Origin: Octopus sinensis
Taxonomy: Eukaryota
Assembly: GCF_006345805.1 (NCBI RefSeq)
Contig: NC_043015.1
Span: forward strand, 1,054,001-1,118,000
DNA length: 64,000 bases
Direction of reading: 5' to 3'
Each line of letters opens with the position of its first letter. Positions within the stretch are counted from its first letter, which is position 1. Both the position numbers and the translations under genes were made by a program. Below, piece by piece: positions 40,698 through 53,775 of the stretch. Below the pieces are notes generated by a model. It searched no databases. It was not told the origin of the DNA and saw only the letters and a list, made by a program, of their open reading frames with translations.

Positions 40698-41337
40698 CTG
40701 ACAATAGATATTTTGACTGCAGCATAATGGTTGAAAACATTTTTGTCTCTTGTTGAACATATAAATATCTCTAATTAACTGGATTTAATTAGAATAAACT
40801 TCAAATTTCTAATAATAATTAATGATCCCAAAAGGAGGTGAATTGACACGTCCTCTCTATATTGCTCCAGTTCTCAAGCTAATTGTAAGCAGACATAAGC
40901 ATAAAACTTTGTTTTCGTGTAAAATATTGACCGTTCAGTTTTTCATTAAACACCGATCGTCCAATGGTTTTGAAAGTTTAAATAACTCGTCCATTATTGA
41001 GTTTTTTCGCAAAGCTTTTTTTCGTACTTCACTATTAAAAAGAATTGCTGCTATATAAAAGCTACTATTTAACTTTGCGATATTCAAAAGCTGCATGAAT
41101 TGATTTTACACCTTGTTTAGTTGAGCATATATACACATATATGTATCTATTTGTTTAATTGTCTGTATCCTTGCTTATGATATATATGTATACATATTTT
41201 TGTGCATGCGTTTTATAATCAATTTTGCAGGCATCGAAGGGAAGAATCATGATATACAGCGTGTCTTGGTCATTAACAATTGGCGTAACCGATATCGCCT
41301 CAGATCTGACTACACGTAATTTATTTCAAAGACATAC

Positions 41338-41384
<47 letters not shown>

Positions 41385-42626
41385 AATAGAGAAAAATAGA
41401 AATAATGATATAATACGGGAATGGTAGTTAATTGCCTGCCTCAATTGAATGTTAATTACTGTGGCATTTAATATAAGAAGGAAGGAACTGGGAACAAACC
41501 CTGTAAGGCTGTGTTCTGAGTTCCTATTGATTGCGCAGTTTCCCCGCCACATATGTGTAGGTATGAATATAAAATTTTATACATTGAGTAATTGATTATT
41601 GCCTTGTCAGAACTGTTCAACCCTCAGCAACATGCCACACAAGAGTCTTATCCCTTACAGCTCTATATCTCTTGGTCTATCAACCAGATTTGCTTCTTGC
41701 TTCTGGTAGACTATTCACTCCACTACTTACCCTTGGCAAACAGTTTAACGAGTGACTGTTATAATCTTGTTAGGCATATCTTTTCACCCTTCCCCCTCTA
41801 AAATGTTAATGGTTTATGTCTCCCAAGTTGTTTACTGGTAGTTTCGCTGTATCATGCAAAAAACATGACCTACACGCCTGGAAGATCTTACTCAATATTT
41901 AGTAATAGCTGACATATACCCATCAGTGTAAAGCCTGTAAAACTTATATCTGGCTTGCAAAGTATACCTTCGTACGTGACATGAACGTAGCTGATGTGCT
42001 TCCCCCTCGAAACAGCTGCAGAACATTCTGGTTGTTTGCACACAGAGGCCTTCACCAACTTTGTTCATTCTCCACTTCTTCTAAACAATGATGGCTACGT
42101 AAGGTGTGCGTAGAGTCAACAACATAAAAGGAAATGAGAGAACATCATTTTGTCAATGCTAACGGGATCACTTTCAGCAGAACAAAAACCATGCACAGCT
42201 CATATCAAGAAAGCACCATCACTCTACATTCCCTCTATCCAAGTGAGGCAGTTAGCCGAAGGCCTCGCAGCTTCTCAGAATGCTGCTCTGCGAAAATCAT
42301 CGTTGATTTTTCATGACGAATGCGTAGCGATAGTAAGTTTTGGATCATATCCCCAAAATGAGCCCTTCACATGGCTAGCAGATGTTTAACATCGGCTAAC
42401 ATGGTAACAGCTAAAATATCTTTGTCTGTGTCTCTATCTACCACTCTCCCTTTCTATGATATAATAGATTGGCAGAGAGAACGACGGATATACCGACAGA
42501 CAGATAGATAGACAGAGAGACAGAGAGAGAAATATATATATGCATATATATATATATATACATAATATATATTATATATATAATATATATATTATATATA
42601 TATATACATACATACATACATATATG

Positions 42627-42673
<47 letters not shown>

Positions 42674-42692
42674 TAATATATATTATATATAT

Positions 42693-42745
<53 letters not shown>

Positions 42746-43734
42746 AAAGAAAGAGAGAATGAAAAATAGGAAGAGGGAGAAAGAGAGGGACATGCAGACA
42801 TAAATGTAGACGGATAAACTGAATTGACACGCAAATAAAGAGAAAGAAGTGTGTGTGTGCGTGTGCATGTGTGTATATATTTTATGCATGTTTGTGTATT
42901 CGCGTGCGTGCGTGTGTGAGAAAGATAAAGTGACAGAGTCTGTGTGTGACATGGAAGAAATTGTGAATGTGATATAAGGGGGAGTAATACAGAATGAAAT
43001 ATGCGTGATACGTGTTATTCAACATGAAGAATATTAATGAAGGCCACTCTGAAAACTAAGAAAGGTTTATCAAAATATAATGAAACAAAATACAATAATT
43101 TTCATTGTGGAGCGACGAAAGGCGTGATAAGCTCTTCAACAGATGAAAATGGAATATATTTTATCACAGCATTTGTTTAATTGTTCATATATATATTTTT
43201 GTTTCATAACGTAAGATTGAGTGTGTGTATACATGTGTGTGTATATTTGTTTATGGGATTGTCATTTTGTGTTTGTGTTTGTGTAACATGATGTATGTGT
43301 GAATGTGTGTGTTTCTATTTTTCACTTTGTTTTTTTTTTTAATGCTTTGCATAACTTAGTATTGTTATCGTTTTTATTATGTGTTTGTATTTTTGTTTTT
43401 GAATTAATTATTTTATCTCTCCACCTCTCTTTCTTTCATCCATTCCCACCCTATCTATACACTGCAAGGTCCTCGAATGAGTGAACTGAAACCGAACGAA
43501 CAAACTAATTGAAATCGAATGACAACAGTGTTCTAAATTATGGTAATTAAAGATTTTTGCATAAAAACATAACAGAGGAGAATGTGCAAATTCAGTGAAA
43601 AAACGTTACTAGTGATGATTAAAATAATGATAATAATAATAAATACATATTAAGCGTTATAATAAAATATTCATAAAATTATTATCATTAATATTATTAT
43701 CGACAATAATTATAATAATAGTAATAATGATAAT

Positions 43735-43932
43735 CCTTTCTACTGAAGGCACAAGGCCTTGAAATTTTGGAGGATGGGACTAGTCGATTACATTAACCCT
43801 AGTGTTCAACTGGTACTTAATGTATTGACTCTGAAAGAATGAAACGCGGAATTTGAACTCACAACGTTGTGACAGGCGAAATACCGATTGGCATGTCGTC
43901 CAGCATATTAGCGATTCTACCAGCTCACCGCC
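43735..43932 (-). mobile_element. SINE A (alternative tail), diverged
   Basis: GGCACAAGGCC...GGAATTTGAACTC...CAGCTCACCGCC, between trinucleotide tracts. Confidence 0.75.
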
Positions 43933-43953
43933 TTAATATTATTATTATTATTA

Positions 43954-44016
<63 letters not shown>

Positions 44017-44087
44017 TATTATTATTTTATTATTATTATTATTATTATTAAAAATAAGAATAATAATAATGATGATGATAGTGGCGT

Positions 44088-44340
44088 CTTAAACTGAGAT
44101 TTGTTCCTCTTATTGTGGCTGACCTCAGTATGATAACAAAAACAGATGTCAGAAATATCTAGAGAACATCCCAGGAGAACCATGTCTCAGAGAAATCCAG
44201 AAGACTTTGCAGACAATTACGGCCCATATCCTCAAAAAAACCCTACTGATTTAAATGTCTATGTTGTATTACTTGAAGATATTTTGCTACTGCACCTGCC
44301 ATTGCCCCTCTTCGGGCTTCCAATCATACTGTTAAATCTT
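44088..44340 (+). mobile_element. R4/Dong-like LINE extreme C-terminal fragment (second family)
   Basis: FVPLIVADLSMI / CQKYLENIPGEPCLREIQKTLQTITAHILKKTL resembles the VPVVVGALG...LQK..LLGTAHILRK terminus; adjacent to a TAA/TTA tract. Confidence 0.65.
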
Positions 44341-44973
44341 TTATCCTTGAGCTGCTCTAGGACGATTTGTGTGCATGTTTGCACACGTGCGTGCGTGAGT
44401 GTCTCAAAAACGAAAGCTTTTCTAATTGCGAATGCCACATTATGTGCAGTCGTGCAAAATTACAAAAGGCAACTCATTCTTCTAAATTCCGATGAAGACT
44501 TAGGGGTCACTTACTCAGAAACATGCTTATACATCCAAGCCCTACTCAGTGATTCTACAAATTACTTGAGGGCAGCACATCTTTCACCGATTGTGTTGAC
44601 TGCAGTTCACAATACCAAGTTCTAAAACGACTGAGAGTGTTTCATTCTTTAAAACCGAAATATTATGTTGCTGTCATTTTTCTATAGACGAATGTCGTAG
44701 GCATATTACAACTACTGAATATAACAGCGGTTAGTCATATGTCCACCAGCTGTGAAGGATGGATTTAAATGTTGAACTAAATTAGTGTTTAACTCAGAAT
44801 TGTTCTTAAATGTTATTGGAATACGCTCTCAGCAAATTGAAATTTGCTCTCGGTGAAGTAGTCAACGCCGTCGTCATCGTCATCATCATCACTACTGTTT
44901 CCTCTCGTCGACTTCCTCAGTATAATCATCATTATATATGTAAACTTACGTACACATACACATACGTATATGC

Positions 44974-45006
<33 letters not shown>

Positions 45007-45707
45007 AATCTATAATATATATATACATATATATATATATATACATATATATGTTTATACACACACACACACACCCCCACACACACATATATATATATAA
45101 TATATATATATATATATAACACATATAATATATAAAAATGTAAATAGAGACAAATGTCATAACATTACTGAGTATACAACCTGGCAGATGACAGACACAG
45201 AGAGTCACTAATTCCCCTTTGGTTATCAACCAAATGTTATTACTAAGTTTCGCTTCATTACACATATATATTCCTCAAAAGATTACAAGATTAATTAAGG
45301 AGACAACACTCATCATGATAAAGTTGCAAAATAAAGAATGAGACAACGCACTCGTAAATGCATCGCTACTGGAATGAAAGCTTAACAGGCAAAACATTGA
45401 CCAATACAAACCAAAGTGCGTATGGCTGTTGAGATAGAAGCCTAAGAGGCAAATAAACTTCGGCGGAGATGAGTACATGTTGAAGATTATTCTAATTCTG
45501 AGAACATCTGGAATTGTCGAAGATGCATTTAGATACTTCGTTCTTTCCATATTTGATATAAAACTCTTAAAAGATAGTATGAAAACTCTAAATTAAAAAC
45601 GAAGAAGTTGAACACTGAGGTCTCTTTAATGAAGCACATGCGCGTATATGTCAATCTGTATACGTGTGTATCTGTAAGTGTGTGTATTTGTAATATATGT
45701 ATATATA

Positions 45708-45745
<38 letters not shown>

Positions 45746-46414
45746 TATAAGCACATATTTGTTATAATCTCTATCCTCATGCGCCTATCACAACAGCTAC
45801 AACAGGAATACATTAGCATTATGATTTCATAATAAACAACTTTTGTTCAACTTTATTTTCACAGATATGGCGGAAAACTTATTTTTTAAATATGAAATTT
45901 TTGTTTGCATTTTGTATTCCACTTTCGCTACTTTTTGTACATTTTATTATCATTCTTTCTTTGTATTATTCGTGCTGTCCAATTGCTGGAATAAATGCTA
46001 TGGCCATTATAATCCAATAGCTTCAATAATATTTCAGATACACTTGTCTATAAAGAATTGCTTTACAAGTGGTCGAATGGTCTTGCTGTGATTCGTGGGG
46101 CCGTAAATGAGAGAACTAATCAATCGTTGGGAATATGTGTGTGTGTGTGTGTGTGTGTGCGTGCGTATGTGTGTGCATGCATATAATATATGCATATATA
46201 AACGTATGTTTGTATACATATATGTATATGTATATATATGTATATGTATACATATATGTATATGGATATATATATATATATACATGTGCATATATATATA
46301 TATATAATATATATTATATACATGTGCATATGTATAATATACACACGTATAAGCGCTTGTGTATTTAAATCAGTAAAGCTTCGAGCAGGAACAATGCAGA
46401 TGATGAGACAGGAA

Positions 46415-46590
46415 GGAGAAGCAGAAGAAGAAGAAGAGAAAAGAAGAAGAAAAAGAAGAAGTTAAAGAAGAAGAAAATAGAAGAAGAAGACGAAGAAAAA
46501 GAAGAAGAAGAAAAAGAAGAAGAAGAAGAAGAAGAAGAAGAAGAAGAAAAGAAGAAGAAGAAGAAGGAGGGGAGGAGGGGGGGAGGATGA
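46415..46590. repeat. (GAA)n polypurine tract
   Basis: Direct reading. Confidence 0.95.
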
Positions 46591-46913
46591 GGAAAGACAA
46601 CCACAAGACGCCGAATGCAATGATGAATATGATAGTGATAATATAAAAATATATTTAAGCAAAATCTATGCACACAAATCTTAAAATCCATTTTTATCTC
46701 TAAAAATTTGGGGTTTTAGATTTAAGGCTTGGAATTATTCCTCGTGTTGGTGATGTTGATACTTTTTGCCGTCGTGTTTTTAATATTATTTTTATTGTTA
46801 ATTTTCAAATTTATGCTCTTTTTACACTTAGATACAGACCTGCGTGAATTCCAAATGTAATCATTACGGTTGTTGACACTCTCCATAGTTCTCTGTCCAT
46901 TTATATTTGCATG

Positions 46914-46947
<34 letters not shown>

Positions 46948-47124
46948 CGTGTGTATGTATATATAATATTTCCTATTTATTAATGCTTTTCTTTGTTATG
47001 GAAAATTATTGTTTTGCTTTTTTTGTATTATTCTCTTTTTGTCCTAAGATTGTTTCCACATGAATGCAAAGAAAGCTACAATAATACAAAGAAACACATA
47101 ACTTACACAAATAGGCAAAGATAT

Positions 47125-47625
47125 TAGGGTTACCCAAAAGAAACCGGAATTTTTAAATATTATTTATTCACTTACATGTGAATACATTTTTACATGTTTA
47201 CATGTGTTTTACACGTTTACGCTTTAATTGCATTTGAAGTATTGTCCATATGAAGCAATGCATCGTCGGAGACACTTTTTTGCACTTTTACAATCAGTGT
47301 TGGAATGCTTGAAAAGTGATTCTTATAACACCTCCGGCGTTTGTTTCTTTAATTCTGCCACATCTTTAAATTCCGTTGTAACAGCTTTCCTCACCAGTAA
47401 TGACCTTCGAGAAAAGGTCCGGATCAACTTCCTTCTGTTTTTTCAGTTCACGACAAGCAGTTATAGGTGACTGCTTTTAATCTTCTGTTAGAAAGCTAGA
47501 CACATATTCTGATGCAACACTTTTCATTCGCATTTCCTCGTTCATAATTACTTGGCAGGAGCCCCAGGATACACCACAGTTGTTCAGTGACGGTCCTTCA
47601 AGGTCGGTTCATAAATAGTCGTGAT
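47125..47625 (-). mobile_element. mariner remnant, internally deleted
   Basis: Minus strand gives QAFQH...RRCIASYGQYF, like the mariner C-terminal RCI...GxYFE motif. Confidence 0.55.
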
Positions 47626-47909
47626 GTATACTCACGGATACTCACAGACTTACTTTAAAGGATACACTCTCACAAGATAAATACATACGACTAAATATTG
47701 CAGACATCTTCATTCACGTAAATAAAGGCTCATTCAAGTAAATACATAGAAATTACATATCCCTACCTATCATTCTCTCTCTCTCTCCCCCTCTCTCTCT
47801 CTATCTATTTATCTATCTACCTGTCTGTCTGGCTATCTGTAAGTCTGCTTGTATGTCTGGCTGTCTGTATATCCATCTTTCTATCTAGCTACTCATCTCT
47901 CTCTCTCTC

Positions 47910-47961
<52 letters not shown>

Positions 47962-47972
47962 ATATATATATA

Positions 47973-48014
<42 letters not shown>

Positions 48015-48202
48015 GTGAAGTATACTTGCCACTTAAATGTGTTTCACCCATATGTGCCGATGCTACTCTAGTTTGTAGCCCAGGAGACCTCTCCTCCAGC
48101 TATAAACTACAGCATCGTCCCATATGGGATGGGTCATCTACATTTAAGCGGAAATATACTTCACGATGCTACAATTTACTTCTTGCTCAGAAATTTATCA
48201 TG

Positions 48203-48258
<56 letters not shown>

Positions 48259-48914
48259 CACATCACACACATAAGCATTCATTCACTTCCACACTTATGT
48301 TTGGAGATGGTCTAATGCAGTTGCGAACATGCGTACATAAATTTAATGAAGTCATACGCAGATGCACTGACGTTTATGCAAAAATAAAATAGAACATTTA
48401 CACTCGCATTCCCACAAATACGATCACACGCACAAGTAAAAGCGCTAACACACACACACATGCACATACAAGTCGTTCGTATACTTAGAAAAATACCCAG
48501 ACCCATTCACTTACTGCGTCTTTCTGCAACAGATTCTGTTTAGTATGCACTAAAGTGGCTTGCAATGCGGCAAGAGAAGAATTATTTAACCGATTATATT
48601 AGCATTAGAAAATTATATTTAGTAGCAAAGAATATTCTCTGAACCAAAATGGAAATAAACACTAACATACTCAATTAGATGTTAATTTTCACTTGACTTA
48701 ATTAACATTTCTTTGTTTATATTTTTTTGTTTCCGAAAATTTTTTTTTCTTTTTTCTGCGAACATCACGACTGCGTATTCTAGCAACAGTAAGCAATTTT
48801 ATTTACAAATGAACAATGGTGGTGACGCAATTTTCTCTTAAAGAATATTGTGTTGTTAAGTTGGAAAGAAATTCTTCTCGCATATACAGATGATTACTAT
48901 TGTCTTTTATTTGT

Positions 48915-49660
48915 CTCTATCATAAGATTGCGGCCATGTTGGGGCACTGCATTGAGGACTTTTTAATTGAATATAAATCCTTTTAAAACCTGTTACATAT
49001 TCTATCGGAAAATTTGCTGGACGGTTATGTTACACGACTGCTAAGCGGTGGTGCGGACAAACACTGACATGCAAACATACACACAGACGCTCAAATGCAT
49101 ACACACACACATACATACATACATACATATATATATATATACATACATAAACACACATACATCCATACATACATGCATACTTACGTACGTATGTACATCC
49201 ATACATATATCTTCTTCTACTTACAGCATTCACCCGGGGTAGGTTGAGCTGGCTTCATTCGTCCTCAATGCTGCATCTCTCACAAACGCCGATCAGGCCT
49301 GGCGATTTGAGACTAACGACCACGTGATCTCCAACCACTCCTTATTCCAGCGGCGAACGCCGTAGATATGGAGGCCTAGGTTGTGTTCCAGATTAGCCTT
49401 GACCGTCATCAGCCAGGTTTTTCGTTGTCCACCACGACGCTTTCGCCAACCCAGACAAAACACTCATTGCCCTCAATGGTGATATTCTTGAAGAAGTTGA
49501 GAGTTTCAAATACCTTGGCGCCATCATTACATACATTACATACATATGACGGAGTTCTTGTTGTTTCCGTCTACGAAATTCACTCACAAGGCTTTTGTCG
49601 ACTCCAGCAGAAGACACCTGCACAAAGTACCACACCAGTAAACCGAACTCGGAATCTTAT
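48915..49660 (-). mobile_element. Diverged SINE B interrupted by an RTE fragment
   Basis: GCGGCCATGTTGGGGCAC...GACAAACAC (48930-49065) and GTTTCCGTCTACGAAATTCACTCACAAGGCTTT (49563-49595) are the two halves of family B. Confidence 0.65.
49210..49531 (-). mobile_element. RTE-like LINE 3' fragment with inverted RT piece
   Basis: Minus strand GWRKRRGGQRKTWLMTVKANLE...NRQA*SAFVRD...; plus strand 49463-49531 LIALNGDILEEVESFKYLGAIIT. Confidence 0.8.
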
Positions 49661-50637
49661 TGTAACAGTCTTGCCAAGCAATCTAAGTTGTGCCTTGATG
49701 CTACACTTAAGGCAAATTTTCCCTTATTAACAATTAACTAGTTGTAAATTTTAAAACCTGTAGATTTTATGTTCTAGGGCTCAACAGGTTTTCAAATAAA
49801 TGGGAATATATTATCAATATTGAGTTGAAATATTATGATGATTAAATATATCAATTAAAACCCAAGACTAATTGTAATAATTTGTCTAAACTTGAGATTT
49901 GACAGGACTTTTTTCCAATCAAATAATCGCTCTCTAATTTAGACAAAAGTCCAAAATTTGATGAGAATAATTCAATCAATTTCGTATCGATTCAAGTACG
50001 TAAATGGTGCTTCATTTTTATCGTATCCCAACGGATAAAATGGGATATCGGCATCATTGGATTTTGAACTCTGAGAGTTAAATGTCAGTAAAGGGTAATC
50101 GAAAGGAATTTTGCCGACGCTATAGGGAGTCAGTCTATTCAACATCCATACGTTTGTTCCACAAGAACACGATCTGCAATTTTGAGAGCAAAGAAACAGT
50201 TGATTTTATCAATTCAAGTGTTGAAAGGTACGCCGTATTATCGAACCTGGAAGAATGAAATACAAAATATTAGGAGTCATAAACATGAAATAAAAAATTT
50301 AAAAAACCTGTAGCCAAAAGATACTGTGATGAATTTTGTACAACTCTCTAATGATCTTGTCAAATCACTACCTTTAAAAAATCCATCATCACTAAAAAGA
50401 GGAAAGAACAAGTGATCTTGCTGGGAGTTGAACTCGTAGCGGAGGAACAAGGAAATTACTGTAATATTCTTTAGCTACCATTCTAAGGATTCTTCTGTTT
50501 CTATAGAATAATAGCGTTTATAAATATTACTTAGTTGGCTGGTTGATAAATATATATATATATACATAGGTACGTTGGTGCCAACAGGAAAAATAGTACT
50601 CAAAATATGTAGCATATATATATATATATAAACTTTT

Positions 50638-50776
50638 ATTAATATTTAGCAGAAGGAAGGGAGTGATTCAGGTTCCGAGACTTTCGTGTATTGGCACTTA
50701 TCAAACTCTTTGATAAGTGCCAATGTCCGAAACTCTGGGACTTTGAGTCACTCAGTTGCTTCTTCTAAATATTAAT
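50638..50776. repeat. Imperfect ~139-bp palindrome with a perfect 16-bp core
   Basis: ATTGGCACTTATCAAA (50690-50705), CTC loop, TTTGATAAGTGCCAAT (50709-50724). Pairing continues outward to ATTAATATTTAG/CTAAATATTAAT. Confidence 0.9.
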
Positions 50777-50801
50777 ATATATACATACACAAACACACAC
50801 G

Positions 50802-50845
<44 letters not shown>

Positions 50846-51589
50846 CATACGTCTTAGTTCTCTTTTCTACATTTTCCCCTTCACTGCACACCTTTCTAAT
50901 TACAACTTTACATATCTATGTCCATAATTATGGACAGACACACTTGCAGTCACATAGGCATTAACTCAGATATACGCGCGCACATACACACATACACTCA
51001 TACACACGTGTATATACATATATATGTGAGTGTGCGTTTGTGTATATATATTCTATGCATATCAGTATACACATTTTTAATAAGTATGGCTAGATATTTA
51101 TGGATGTATGTGTCAGTCTATTGGTAGGTAAGGATTTATTCTTGAATATCTACATACTATTCTATGCATGTGTGAATTCATTTTCTCATACGAAAACTTC
51201 GACCATATATCTACGAGAAACCCGTTAGCTGCCATACTACTTAGGTAAAGGTTTTATAAGATATGCAAGGAAGATTAGTGCCAGGAACCATATGCATTTT
51301 TAATTATAGGAAGTTCTACAGAAGATTAGGTACCTGATATGAGCTGATATGGAATAATAATCGCATAAAATGTTTCTTGAAGAGTGTTAAACTCAAGACT
51401 ACCGTATGAATCAAGATGGACGTTTGATAAACAAGGCGATTTCCGTTCTGTTCGCATTTCATTTTCAGGGATTTATCTACATATATATCCTTCATTATAA
51501 GATACCGGTATGTTCTGCTGTTCGTGTTATTAATACTGTTGTTTTGGTTTCTATATTCGTTGTTGCTTAATACCGTTACTGCTGTATTT

Positions 51590-51708
51590 GCTGTTGTTGT
51601 TCTTCTTCTTCTTCCTCCTCTTCCTCTTGTTCATGTTGTTAAAGCATGCGATGAGATTCTAATGATGTTGCTGCTGTTATCTTTTAGTATTGTAGTTACT
51701 ATTCTTCT

Positions 51709-51740
<32 letters not shown>

Positions 51741-51867
51741 TTCTTCTTCTTCTTCTTCTTCTTCGTCTTCTTTCTTCTTCTTCTTCTTCTTATTCTTCTT
51801 TCTTCCTTTCTTCTTCTTCTTCTTATTCTTCTTCTTCTTCTTCTTCTTCTTCTTCTATTATTATTAT

Positions 51868-51947
<80 letters not shown>

Positions 51948-52030
51948 GCCTCTTTTAATTCTTCTTTTACTTATTCTTCTTTTTTCTTCTTCTTTTGTAC
52001 TATCATTATTATTGTCGCTATTATTATTGC

Positions 52031-52076
<46 letters not shown>

Positions 52077-52187
52077 ATTATTATTATTATCATTATTATT
52101 ATTATTATAATTATTATCATTATTATTATTAATATTATTATTATTATTATTATTATTATTAGTAGTAGTAGTAGTAGTAGTAGTAGC

Positions 52188-52222
<35 letters not shown>

Positions 52223-52282
52223 CAGTAGTAGTTGTAGTAGTAGTAGTAGTAGTAGTATAGTAGTAGTAGTAGTAGTAGTAGT
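51590..52282. repeat. (CTT)n/(TAT)n/(TAG)n compound microsatellite
   Basis: Direct reading. Confidence 0.95.
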
Positions 52283-52634
52283 TTATGTGCAATCTCTTAA
52301 GTAAGTCAGTCAGTAAATGCCTTATGAATGTGCATTACATCCATGTATTATGTTAATGAATCGGGAAGTAGGTTTACGGAACCACATTCCATAACATGGC
52401 ATTAAATTGCATTGATTTAAAATTCAGTGATTTTCTGCACTTCTCTGTTTTTTATGCATAACAACCGCTGCATTCGTCTACTGAACGGCTGCAAACAAAA
52501 TATATTCCTATTATGCATGTATGTGTCTAAAGTAACTACCTGTATACCTATGTAGAATGTATGTATCTCTCTCTCTCTTTCTATCTATCTATCTATCTAT
52601 CTAGCCCACTATCTCTCCCTCTCCATAAATATTT

Positions 52635-53130
52635 CACTGTGTGGCACCTTGGGCAAGTGTCTTCTACTATAAACTCGTGCCGACCAAAGTCTTGTGAGTG
52701 GATGTGGTAGACGGAAACTGAAAGATGCCCGTTGTATAAGTATCAGCCTGTCCAATGGTTGTATATATGTATAGCCTTCCATTTTTTTATGAGATCTCCT
52801 TTTTATAGAATATATATTTGACTGCTATTTCTATTCGGTATGTGGTAATTCGTTGCTATTATTGCTTAGTATATATATATATATATATAATATATGTATA
52901 TAATATATATGTATGTATGTGTGTGTGTGTGTATAAGTTTGTGTGTCTGTGTTTGTCCACCCTCCATCGCTTGACAACCGATGCTGGTGTTTTACTTTGC
53001 ACTTCGACAAAACAGTTCGATAGAATAAGTACTAGGCTTACAAGGACTAAGTCCGGGGGCGATTTGCTCGACTAAAGGCAGTGCACCAGCATGGCCACAG
53101 TCAAATGACTGAAACAAGTAAAAGAGTAAA

Positions 53131-53133
<3 letters not shown>
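52635..53133 (+). mobile_element. SINE B, 5'-truncated, with extra sequence in its internal microsatellite
   Basis: GTGGCACCTTGGGCAAGTGTCTTCTACTAT...CAGTCAAATGACTGAAACAAGTAAAAGAG. Confidence 0.85.
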
Positions 53134-53207
<74 letters not shown>

Positions 53208-53354
53208 TACATACATATATACACAGATACATAGATATGTTTCTTTATTAGCCACACAGGGCTGAACACAGACGGGACAAATTACAAGGTACAGCTTTTC
53301 TTTTTGGGGAGAAAACATAGATAGATATATAGATAGATACGTAGAGACATGCAC

Positions 53355-53385
<31 letters not shown>

Positions 53386-53408
53386 GATAGAGATTTTTTT
53401 TTTTATAT

Positions 53409-53775
53409 TTTAATTGTTTCAGTCATTTAACTGCTGCTATGTTGTAGCACCGTATTTAATCGAAGAAATTGACCCCACGATTTATTCTTTGTAAGCCTAG
53501 TACTTATTTTATGGAACACTTTTGCCGAAGTTCTAAGGAAACTCACCAAAATCAGTTGTCAAGCGATGGTTGGGGTACAAACACAGGCACATGTATATAT
53601 ACATGTAAATACGACGGGCTTCTTTCAGTTGCCGTCTATCAAATCGACTCACAAGGCTTTGGTCGGCCCGAGGCTATAGTAGAAGACACTCAACCAAGGA
53701 GCTACGTAGTGGGACTGAACATGAAACCATATGCCTGGTAAGCAATCTACTTACCACACAGCCACTCCTGCGTCT
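53409..53775 (-). mobile_element. SINE B, full-length
   Basis: Colinear with 1305-1715 and 57507-57870. Confidence 0.88.

Noticed and set aside
50685-50725. Known miRNA (TTGGCACT recalls miR-96/263-type seeds)
   Set aside because: Only seed-length similarity; the rest does not match a mature sequence I recognise.
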